In this document: in pieces, positions 27,873-37,073 of the stretch | Numbering within the stretch: position 1 is the stretch's first letter | How the letters are laid out: each line of letters starts with the position of its first letter | From: a virus | IMG/VR virus record: IMGVR_UViG_3300010354_000053 | Span: 1-64,000 of that record | Length of the DNA stretch: 64,000 bases | Direction: 5' to 3' (one strand) | Notes under the pieces: generated by a model | What the model saw: the letters and a program-made list of their open reading frames with translations, nothing else | What the model was told of the DNA's origin: nothing | The model's database searches: none | Program-made: the position numbers and the translations under genes

Positions 27873-30800
27873 AGTAAGATATCCTCTGGTTTAGAAATAC
27901 GAGGTACTTCAAAGCTTCCGACTTTAATAACGCCTTCGTTTGCTAACGGCAACGTGTATGTGATTTGAACGCTTTTAACACCAGGTACTTCTTGAATATG
28001 CTTTATAACTTGGCTAATTACAACTTCTTTACCAACACCCAATGAATTGATATATGTCGTGATTGCTGATTTAATTGGATTTTTAATTGTATTTAAAGAA
28101 ATACCATCGCTTGATTCAACAGAAATACCAATTTGAATACTCTTGATTAATGGAGCTAAGATTTCAATCGAAGTACCAGCGGCTCTGACTCCTGGATATG
28201 CAATCGTATTAGAAGGCAAACCATCGAGTACTTTGTGAGCTTCGGCAATTAATTCAGAATAATAATTATATGCATCAACGCCAACTGTTGTTGAAGAATC
28301 AAAATTAAGTTTATGCAGACATTTAATTTGTGTGTTAAATGCTGGACTTAATTTATAGGCAGCAATCTGAGGCATTAGATACAATTCTGCATCCGTTTGA
28401 ATTGTATTATGGTGTGCATAACCTGAAACCCATCTGTAACCCTTATAAGGGACGGCTTCTTCAAAAGCTATTGCATTTTTTGAATTTGCCAAAACAACTT
28501 GTTTAGAAATACTTGTTGCATTAATAATACCCGCCTCAACAAAAACATCAAATTCATTATTAATACCAATTTTGGTAATAGGCCATTTTCCAATTAAAGA
28601 TGTATCAAACCAAGAGGTTGTTCCCACGTTTGGGGTTTTAACAATCAAATTATCATTTTCAAATACAGAATCAATATCCCATATTCTTACATGGCGTTTA
28701 TCTTGAGTGTTTATTGTGTTTGTATCACCGATTGGTCCAACTTGCCAATTAACGTTTCCTCTTGTGTTATCAGAATTAATAATGTCTTCTTTTAAAGAAA
28801 GAATTTCTTCAACAGCTTCATCGTTTTTAATGATAAAAGCGTTCTTGCCATTGTGGGCAATAATTTTGAATCGACCGCGATTTGCAACTGCAAATGCATC
28901 TGAAAACGAAATTAAATCGTCAGAACTTACAGATAGATCGTGTAATTGCATATCATCGTGTGAATCAAATGCAAAATCTACATAAACAAACCCATTTCCT
29001 AAAGGTTTGATTCGGTAGTACACCGATTCATTTGAAGATAATTTCCAAGAAGAAAAATCTTTTGGGGCTCCAGCTTTGTAATTTGTTTTAATATTTTTTT
29101 CATTTTTCAACATCGGGACAAACATGAATTCAGTTGTTTCACGAATAACACCAATACCGTCTTTATTTGTCTCATCATTTGTCGAGTTTAGTCTAGCGGT
29201 TGTTACATAAATGTTTGATGCATCTTTTCCAATTATTCTAGATCTTGCGTTGTTTGAATCGTTTAAAAAACCGGAAACAGAAACAGTATCACCAACAAAA
29301 AAATCAGAAATATTAATTAATGGACCGATTTTGACAAAACCTGTAAAAGAGCCAGATGTTTGATAGATAGCAGACATTGTATTAGAATCTGTTGTTTTTC
29401 TAGCGGAAACTATTTCGGGAACAATATTTGGACCAATTACATAGATAATCTTTTCATCTTCAATATGAACAACTGGATAACCAATATATTGATCTGTCAA
29501 ATCTTCGGTTGGAGTGACACATTGATTATTAGCGTCAAATAATGAAGTATAATCAACCGGATATGGCGAAGAAATATTTTTTGATCCTCTGAGGATCAAC
29601 ATATCACCAACTTTCGTATTAAAAGTACCGGTTCCAGAAGTTATTGCAATTTTTGCAATTGAATTTGTGGGTTTTGTGATTTCAATAGTTTCGTCACCTA
29701 CTAAACCGCTAAGAGATTTTCTGAATACAAATCTGCCTTTATTTGGGGATGGACGTGTGTATGAAACAACCGTTGAAATTTTAAACCAAGTTTCAATATC
29801 GGGTGAGTTTGTAGCAGTAATTTTTGAATCAACAGGCAGGGCGCTTGGTTGTGTACGATATGCTCTATAAATAGGGGCAGTTATTGAATTATTTATTTCT
29901 ACAAAAGATCCACGAGCAAACGACTGAGCAAGAGGAAAATCCGTTCGTATCTTGACAGATGTCCCTTGTTTAGAAGCGGCATTTTTTGCTTTTGCAGTTA
30001 CTGTATTTGCAGTAACTCCAGTGATTTTAACAGCTCCGGCAGCTCCCAAGTTTAATGAATTCAGCTGAATATTTTTTTCATCAGTAATACGAGAAATTTC
30101 AGCCTGGATATTAAGCGGACTAATTGCTGTAAATTTTAACCATTTTTCCAAAGCTTTTGCCGAAGCCGGAATTAAAACGCATTCTTGATCTGAATAAACT
30201 GCACTAAAACCTGTATTCAAAATCTTAGAAGACTCTGGTAATACCGAATCATCTGACTGCACAAGCGCAACGATCTCATTATCAATTGGAGAATAGGTAT
30301 GAATATGTGCAATGCATCCAAATGGGGCACGTGCAGAATGGTAATAGTTACTTTCAGTAAGAGTTGTTAAATTAGTTCTTGCAATTATATTTCCATGAGT
30401 GTGGTATGAAGGAAATTTAATGACGGAGCTTGTATTAGTCGTTGGAGTCGCTTCAATGGTAAATACTGGATTATTTGTATAATATTCGCCAGCTTTAGTG
30501 ATTACATCTTGGATAGTCTTTTGCAAAAGAGTAAATGACTGAATGGGCGCATAATCTGAAATATAGCTAACCGGTGTATAAACAGTTTGGCGAATCCCAG
30601 GTGCAGAAACAACAATTGTGTCTGGATCTGGGGTTTCAATAATTAAAAATGAACCAGAATATGGCTGAGAACCGCCAATATTTAAAATATCATCAATTAA
30701 AAAAGCGCCGGAAAGATTAATTGAAAGGGCGCTAATTGTTAGTTTAACAATTTCTGCGCCAGTTGGGCTGGTGTAATTAGATGGTGTAATTGTATAGGCA

Positions 30801-33800
30801 CCGGTATATTGGGTACCTAAGACTGCTGCGCCTGAACAAAGAGTGCAGTTTACAACCAAAACAGTGCGATCTTCTTCTTGAAAAGATTCATGAGTAAATT
30901 GAATTTGTGATGAATTTGGTTGTAGGGGAAAAGAAAAATTAAATCTAAAATCGTGTGCTGAGCCATACTGAGTGGATCTAATAACTAATGCATCTGATGG
31001 ATTTCCGCCAAACGGCAAACTTGGATACACGGTATGAATGATAGTTGGTTTAAATAAAATATTAAAATCAGTAAAATCAAATGAACGGAATGGGCTATTA
31101 GGTTCAAAGAATGGACGCGGTTCATTTGTTATTAATTTGTCTTCTGGGTCTTTTAAAGTAAAAATAAATTGATTACCAGGACCTGCTCCAAATGGCTGCA
31201 CTACTTCTGTAAGTGCTTTTTTATACATCGGTATATTAGTTGTTTTATTAGTTGAATCTAAATCCATTTGTACAACTAAGCGATCAACTGGAGTCAGAGG
31301 AATATCATTTAATCTTAAAGATAAGTTTGATCGTGTTTCATTTGAGCCGTAAACAGTTTGTGAAAGAGGCGGAATAGTATCTACCCCGCGAACAAACCCT
31401 CCAAATGGAGCGGTTGAATCGTTATTATAAATACGAGAAATAATATTTTCATTACGACCAGTTATAAAAGCTTCTTGCAATCCTTTTGGATAATCAATAA
31501 TATTAGCGGATGCAGCAATTGCTGGGTTTTCGGCATCATTTAAAACTTCAGTTTCGGTTGTTGAAAATCCTAAATAGCCCCGAGTGTTGTAAAAATCTTT
31601 TGGGAGCGTAGGGTCGCCAGTGTTGGCGATATATGGTGCACCGCTTGCAATAAAACCACTTTTTTTGGCGGCGGTGTGTGGCTGAATACTATCTGCAATC
31701 ATTTGACTAAATAGATTATTAGCGGAAGAAATAGAAGCTAAAATAGCTACTGTTGATTTATTTTGATCAAAATTATTTGATCTGATAGCAATTTGTCGCG
31801 GGGATAATTTATACGCAGAAGCCCCAATTAACTGTTTATTAATTTCAGTTACAAGAATATCTGCAGTTTGATAATCGGATGCGGGAATACTTATAATTTG
31901 AGGCACAGCGTTGTCAATTTTAAATGCAGAAAGCATCCCAGAAGTCAAATCGAAAGAAGTCGGAGTTAAAGGACTTAAACCATCAATTGTTGTTTCGCCA
32001 GAAACGGAAGACGCTACCGCAGATACGGGTAGGTCGATATAGAAAGTATCCATAGTCGGAGCGGGCGATGCTTTAACAACAGCCGTAACCGGAAATGATA
32101 ATCCAGGGAAAATAGATTGTGTTAATGCACTTGCATTTGTGATTTGAAATGAATCAAGCTGTAAAAACCCGTGGTTAGGCAACATGACTTTAATAGTGGG
32201 AGAGCCAAGATTTGATTCAATCAATGTATTTGAAAAAACACCAAAAAATGCTTCGCGCTCGATTTTTGAAGTTTCAATGTCAATAAATGTATCTTTAGAA
32301 ACAGAAAAATTAATAGTATTTGGTGTAAAAACTGTGGCAACGCCTGCAATTTGTTTTTTAAATTTAAAAACAGTGCTGCTATCTACCGCAGATACTATGT
32401 GTGTGCCAACAATTTCCGAACTTAAAAAACTTGTACCGGCTGCTAAACTAGCCGCTGTGATTTCAAATGATTGCCCAACAACAAATCTATGATCCTCTGT
32501 TGTTGTAACAGTAAATGTTACATAGCCATTTACATCGGTTGTTGAATATTCGGTTGGAACTAGATTAAAATTTTGATCTACAGTTCTTGTGCAAAGACCT
32601 TTTTTAAGGACTTTCATTACACTATTAGTGCGTCCAGGTAGTCTGTTTGCGACTGAAGAGTTACTATTTAAATAGATGTAATCACCTAGTTGAATACTAG
32701 AATATAACGCAATATCAGAACTGTGTAATCTAACTACTGTAGAGTTAGGCGACAAAATTTCTGGGGTGAGAGAGCTTGCGCCAGTAAGACCAAGAGTTCT
32801 TAATTCAAACTCTCCATCAACACCAACAATAATTTTTGGAGTACCAAGGTTTGTACTACCGGCAGAAAATAAACCACTTGGCGCTGGTTTTGATTGAATT
32901 TCTGCGCGGGTAAATTTCGACGAAACCGTCACATTGTCATTAAGTTGAGGTTCATTTAAAAGTTTAATTTCGCCGCTAATTCTATTTATCTCAAAATCTG
33001 GCGTTGCACCTTTACTTTCTAATACAGCCGAAGATTTAAATAACTTATTAACACCAATCCATGTTGCTGGAGCGCCTGTTGAAGTTGTAGGTTCAATTTT
33101 AACCGAACCGGTAGGACTCAAAGACTGCCATGAAGCAAAAGCTAGTTTTGAACCTACTTGATAAACATTTACACCCGCAACTTTTTTCTTAAAAACAGTA
33201 ATCCAGTCGGATAATTGTGCAGAGGCGATTGTACGACCGAGAGCCAACATGTCATTATTGTCGATTGTAAAAGTTTGTGTTACACCATCAACGGTCATTC
33301 TAACGTTTTGTAAGTCTAAGTCGGTTAATGATAACCATGGAAAATCTGAAGAGTAAACTACTGCAGATAAACCCTTAAAAGATAAAATTTTATTGTTTTT
33401 ATATACATAAATAGGTCTGATCTCATGAACAGGGAGACCTAAAATAGCTTGCAATTCGCTTGGTAAAATTTGCAAAGTTTCTGCTTGTCCAGAAATATCG
33501 AATACAGAAAATGTAGTTCCATCGTTAGCAGTTCTAAAACCTAATGCTGAAGATCCGCTAAGAATTACACCGTTGAATGCTCTGACAATTTCTGATGGAG
33601 AAACTGAAGAAAGATTTGTATATTCGGATTGATTGATTTCAAATCGTGTAGGTATACCATCAATAATAATGTCTAAATACATTCCGTCTTGCAAAGCGTA
33701 AGGCGCAGGCTCAACTCCTACAGCAATACAAGGAGAAATTGGTTTGTTTGAAGTTTTTAAGAAAATTTCTTGACCACTAGAATTTACTAACAATTGTTCA

Positions 33801-34840
33801 AAATCTTGACCACGGTACGATGGCTCTAACCCTGAACCATCATCTATGTATATTTTTGTTGAATCAGTTCTGTTTGTTGGCTCAACAATATTCAAAGATG
33901 TAATTGTTTTTCCACTAACCGGATCTCGCAATCCTTGTAAAGAACTAGAAATAGATTGTTTGGTTCCACGACTGAGTGATGCAATGTAATTTGCAATGCG
34001 GAGTCTCAACGCTTCGTCGCCTTCAGCACTAGCTCCGTTTGTGATTGTAGATGGATTAGAAACAATCGCTCCTGTGAACGGTGGTGTTAAAAATTGTTTA
34101 ATTGCACCAACTGAAACATTTCCGGTTTCTCCAAAAGAACTGCAAGTGACAGATACCCTGATAGTGTCTTCGCCGTCAGCAAGAGTAAATGATCCATCTA
34201 CGGTATACTGAACGGGAACATTTCCGCTAGAGCCAGGTGCAATTACAATAGCTCCTGCAGAAATTTGTCTTGTACCTCCCTGCGACAAAATAGCTGTTTC
34301 GCCATAAGAATGGTTGTTAACCAACGGGGTAGATGAGTTTAAATTTAAAGTCCAAAAAGTGTTGTTATTTTCAATACTTGTATATTGAATTGGCCCTTCT
34401 TCATTTGCGGTATTTCTTCCTAAATAAAACGCACCAGCAGAAGGCCACCCAGAGCAATCTTGAAGATAAACTTTAATACTGCCGGCGTAGGGTGTCGGTT
34501 TACCGATATATACCGATGTAGCCTTTTTAGTAAAGGGCGACGAAATTAAAACTTGTCCACTAGCTCTTTTAGCCGGAAAACGACCGAACCCACCAACACC
34601 ATTCGGTATTTGGGCCTCAATAGCTTTTTCATCCAGCTCACTACCAACTAAAGTTTGAAGATTAGAGCTTTCTAGTACTTTGAGGACGCCGATTTGATTT
34701 TGATAATCTTGAAGAGCGGCTGCTTCTAAAATTGTAGAAGTAATACTTCCTTCACTGACATCTGTAATATCAGTATTGGCAGTCAATTTCCGGATCATAT
34801 CAGCTAAAATCGATTGAACGCTTTTAACTGTAATTGCCAT
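27869..34840 (-). CDS. Giant baseplate J-like wedge protein (2323 aa)
   Basis: N-terminal TDVSEGSITSTILEA..G.ELD..A..GETGNV..GASAEGDEALRLRI..LSRGT and C-terminal AITTYINSLGVGKEVVISQVI..VPGV are baseplate-J hallmarks. Confidence 0.8.
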   Translation of the reverse strand: MAITVKSVQSILADMIRKLTANTDITDVSEGSITSTILEAAALQDYQNQIGVLKVLESSNLQTLVGSELDEKAIEAQIPNGVGGFGRFPAKRASGQVLISSPFTKKATSVYIGKPTPYAGSIKVYLQDCSGWPSAGAFYLGRNTANEEGPIQYTSIENNNTFWTLNLNSSTPLVNNHSYGETAILSQGGTRQISAGAIVIAPGSSGNVPVQYTVDGSFTLADGEDTIRVSVTCSSFGETGNVSVGAIKQFLTPPFTGAIVSNPSTITNGASAEGDEALRLRIANYIASLSRGTKQSISSSLQGLRDPVSGKTITSLNIVEPTNRTDSTKIYIDDGSGLEPSYRGQDFEQLLVNSSGQEIFLKTSNKPISPCIAVGVEPAPYALQDGMYLDIIIDGIPTRFEINQSEYTNLSSVSPSEIVRAFNGVILSGSSALGFRTANDGTTFSVFDISGQAETLQILPSELQAILGLPVHEIRPIYVYKNNKILSFKGLSAVVYSSDFPWLSLTDLDLQNVRMTVDGVTQTFTIDNNDMLALGRTIASAQLSDWITVFKKKVAGVNVYQVGSKLAFASWQSLSPTGSVKIEPTTSTGAPATWIGVNKLFKSSAVLESKGATPDFEINRISGEIKLLNEPQLNDNVTVSSKFTRAEIQSKPAPSGLFSAGSTNLGTPKIIVGVDGEFELRTLGLTGASSLTPEILSPNSTVVRLHSSDIALYSSIQLGDYIYLNSNSSVANRLPGRTNSVMKVLKKGLCTRTVDQNFNLVPTEYSTTDVNGYVTFTVTTTEDHRFVVGQSFEITAASLAAGTSFLSSEIVGTHIVSAVDSSTVFKFKKQIAGVATVFTPNTINFSVSKDTFIDIETSKIEREAFFGVFSNTLIESNLGSPTIKVMLPNHGFLQLDSFQITNASALTQSIFPGLSFPVTAVVKASPAPTMDTFYIDLPVSAVASSVSGETTIDGLSPLTPTSFDLTSGMLSAFKIDNAVPQIISIPASDYQTADILVTEINKQLIGASAYKLSPRQIAIRSNNFDQNKSTVAILASISSANNLFSQMIADSIQPHTAAKKSGFIASGAPYIANTGDPTLPKDFYNTRGYLGFSTTETEVLNDAENPAIAASANIIDYPKGLQEAFITGRNENIISRIYNNDSTAPFGGFVRGVDTIPPLSQTVYGSNETRSNLSLRLNDIPLTPVDRLVVQMDLDSTNKTTNIPMYKKALTEVVQPFGAGPGNQFIFTLKDPEDKLITNEPRPFFEPNSPFRSFDFTDFNILFKPTIIHTVYPSLPFGGNPSDALVIRSTQYGSAHDFRFNFSFPLQPNSSQIQFTHESFQEEDRTVLVVNCTLCSGAAVLGTQYTGAYTITPSNYTSPTGAEIVKLTISALSINLSGAFLIDDILNIGGSQPYSGSFLIIETPDPDTIVVSAPGIRQTVYTPVSYISDYAPIQSFTLLQKTIQDVITKAGEYYTNNPVFTIEATPTTNTSSVIKFPSYHTHGNIIARTNLTTLTESNYYHSARAPFGCIAHIHTYSPIDNEIVALVQSDDSVLPESSKILNTGFSAVYSDQECVLIPASAKALEKWLKFTAISPLNIQAEISRITDEKNIQLNSLNLGAAGAVKITGVTANTVTAKAKNAASKQGTSVKIRTDFPLAQSFARGSFVEINNSITAPIYRAYRTQPSALPVDSKITATNSPDIETWFKISTVVSYTRPSPNKGRFVFRKSLSGLVGDETIEITKPTNSIAKIAITSGTGTFNTKVGDMLILRGSKNISSPYPVDYTSLFDANNQCVTPTEDLTDQYIGYPVVHIEDEKIIYVIGPNIVPEIVSARKTTDSNTMSAIYQTSGSFTGFVKIGPLINISDFFVGDTVSVSGFLNDSNNARSRIIGKDASNIYVTTARLNSTNDETNKDGIGVIRETTEFMFVPMLKNEKNIKTNYKAGAPKDFSSWKLSSNESVYYRIKPLGNGFVYVDFAFDSHDDMQLHDLSVSSDDLISFSDAFAVANRGRFKIIAHNGKNAFIIKNDEAVEEILSLKEDIINSDNTRGNVNWQVGPIGDTNTINTQDKRHVRIWDIDSVFENDNLIVKTPNVGTTSWFDTSLIGKWPITKIGINNEFDVFVEAGIINATSISKQVVLANSKNAIAFEEAVPYKGYRWVSGYAHHNTIQTDAELYLMPQIAAYKLSPAFNTQIKCLHKLNFDSSTTVGVDAYNYYSELIAEAHKVLDGLPSNTIAYPGVRAAGTSIEILAPLIKSIQIGISVESSDGISLNTIKNPIKSAITTYINSLGVGKEVVISQVIKHIQEVPGVKSVQITYTLPLANEGVIKVGSFEVPRISKPEDILL

Positions 34841-34852
34841 TATCGTTCTCCA

Positions 34853-36403
34853 TTATATAACAAAGGCTAATGGTATTAGCTGATTAGATCCCGCTATTGT
34901 AACTAATACAGTCATTCCGATTTTACCATCTGCCGATATCTGTATATCCTTTAGTGTAACAGAAGTAAAACGAGAATCTCGCTTTAAACTTTCTTCTACA
35001 ACCGTTGCTATTTTCGTGGAAGTTGTAGCTCCTTGCAAGGCAAAACCTAAATTATTAGAGATTCCATACTGTCTATGAAGGGGGAGTTGACCTTGTTCTG
35101 TTTTGAGAGTTGTTAAAATAGTCTGTCTAAGATTATTTATTCCAAATTGATACTTTAAATCACCATCGGTTCCGATTAAAAGATCACCAGTAACATCATC
35201 AGTAGCAACATCTACTCCAAATGATAACAAAGCTTTATCAATTTTCTTTAACTCTCCTTCGGAGGGCTCCGGGACATTTTGATTTGGGGCTATCATTGGT
35301 GTTGGTATTTTAACTAAAGAAAAGTCATTTAAGGTTTCTGGCTTGTATACTCTAATGTATGGAACATGATTAATTAATAATTTAGCTAGATCTTGTTTTC
35401 CGCTTAGATAAATAGTGGCTGAGCCATCCCTGTTATCATTGACCTGCTCAACTTTTCTGATTTCTTCGGGTACTAACCGACTACCAATTTTTACTGCTGC
35501 GTTAATTCGAAATTTTTCTTGTTGAGAAATTGGTACTCGTATTGTAGATGCACTGCCACTTTCTAGTAAAACAATTTTCTCGCCATACAAATCTACATAT
35601 GGTGCTTTTAAATTATTAACGGTTACAAGTTCATACCATTTTGCCGCGCTACCTAAATAATCTTGTGCCATTTGATGCAAACTTTTCTCAAACGGTACAA
35701 CCGTATAACTTTTATAAACGTCACTCACTCGTACTGTCGATTTTCCCTCGACTAATTTTTCATTTGCGAACTTTAATAAGTTTGGGCTGATATTTCTTCG
35801 ATATTTAAATTCTATAATTATGCCTTCAATATATTTTTCTAATTCAATTGTAGAATTTAATAAAACTAAATCAGAAATGAAATAGTCTCTTTGTTTTGGT
35901 GAACTTTTCCGTTGTTTAATCTGATCGTAAAATGAGTTACCCAAACCAATAAAATCAAAAGCAATTTCTCTTTGAGCTTTTAAAAAACTCAACATTCCTT
36001 TGAAATCTTCAACATCAAATTGAGTCACCCTTTGAATTTCTTCTTTGACAAACTGAGATTCTGGATCTGTTAAATCGATAGTAGCTATATCAATCAAACT
36101 CAACAGTTCGGACATCTCAGCGAAAGTATTCAAGTCTAAGAATGGGTTAACATTCGCTCCGTTTTCATAAGATTCAATATAATCGTGTAACCTGAGAATC
36201 TGCTGAGTTAAAAACTCGTCCCCATTCGCGTATTTTTCGAATTGAGGTATTACCCTAGACTTGTTTTTAACAAACCATGTCCATCTGTCTGCTGTTAATT
36301 TTGCGAATAGATTTAATCCCAGCTTTCCTCCTGCCTTACTCTGCACGTAAAGCATTAAGTCTGTTTGTATAGAAAAGCGGTCTGTATACTGTTTCGTCCC
36401 CAT
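34853..36403 (-). CDS. Baseplate protein with LysM-like and C-terminal gp25/GPW-like domains
   Basis: SLHQMAQDYLGSAAKWYELVTVNNL (LysM-like); GINNLRQTI..LKTEQGQLPLHRQYG..LKRDSRF (gp25-like); GAGG RBS before the ATG at 36403. Confidence 0.7.
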   Translation of the reverse strand: MGTKQYTDRFSIQTDLMLYVQSKAGGKLGLNLFAKLTADRWTWFVKNKSRVIPQFEKYANGDEFLTQQILRLHDYIESYENGANVNPFLDLNTFAEMSELLSLIDIATIDLTDPESQFVKEEIQRVTQFDVEDFKGMLSFLKAQREIAFDFIGLGNSFYDQIKQRKSSPKQRDYFISDLVLLNSTIELEKYIEGIIIEFKYRRNISPNLLKFANEKLVEGKSTVRVSDVYKSYTVVPFEKSLHQMAQDYLGSAAKWYELVTVNNLKAPYVDLYGEKIVLLESGSASTIRVPISQQEKFRINAAVKIGSRLVPEEIRKVEQVNDNRDGSATIYLSGKQDLAKLLINHVPYIRVYKPETLNDFSLVKIPTPMIAPNQNVPEPSEGELKKIDKALLSFGVDVATDDVTGDLLIGTDGDLKYQFGINNLRQTILTTLKTEQGQLPLHRQYGISNNLGFALQGATTSTKIATVVEESLKRDSRFTSVTLKDIQISADGKIGMTVLVTIAGSNQLIPLAFVI

Positions 36404-36545
36404 GATTCTTCCTCGTTCTAATAATATTACCCCATATTTACATAAAGCCAACTGCTTAAAATAAGGGGAAGAAATACATCCAAATAAAATACCTAACTCA
36501 GGGGAAAAGTTTAATGGTAACTTTTATAAGATTGGAGAACCTGCC

Positions 36546-36809
36546 ATGAAAAATCTCAACGGAGAGCTGATAGCCTTTCTTCAAGCAGTCACGGAGGAGG
36601 AAGACCTGATGGAAATAAGCCACCAGCTCTTAGCCAAAAACTACCGATCAATAAAGCTAATGGAAAACACTCAACCAAGGCGGAATTTTTATAACACAGA
36701 TTTTTTGTTCAATAATCAGCAATACAAAGTTGTAGTAACTAGAAAACTACCGTTATTTCATAACTCTGAAGATGAAATGGACGAAGAACTAGAGGAATAC
36801 GAAGAATGA
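36546..36809 (+). CDS. Hypothetical protein
   Basis: GGAG RBS; coupled to the next ORF. Confidence 0.65.
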   Translation: MKNLNGELIAFLQAVTEEEDLMEISHQLLAKNYRSIKLMENTQPRRNFYNTDFLFNNQQYKVVVTRKLPLFHNSEDEMDEELEEYEE

Positions 36810-37072
36810 TTTACTTATACGAATTGATCAATCCGATGTATCGAGACATATCATTAGAAGATCACGGCCATCCATTTTTTATTATAAATGCACCCGTTTA
36901 TGAACCAGAATCTGTTATGCCATCTATCTCTCTTTCTACAAAAGTCAAGTTTCAACGTCTAGTTGAAAAGTTTGAAACAATGGACCAGCTGGCCGACTAT
37001 GTTATTTCTTGGGATACAAACAATGAGCCGTATAAAAACGCACTGTTAAATGAACTAACAAAAGAAGTATAA
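36806..37072 (+). CDS. Hypothetical protein
   Basis: ATGA overlap; immediately upstream of dnaE. Confidence 0.65.
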   Translation: MIYLYELINPMYRDISLEDHGHPFFIINAPVYEPESVMPSISLSTKVKFQRLVEKFETMDQLADYVISWDTNNEPYKNALLNELTKEV

Positions 37073-37073
37073 A

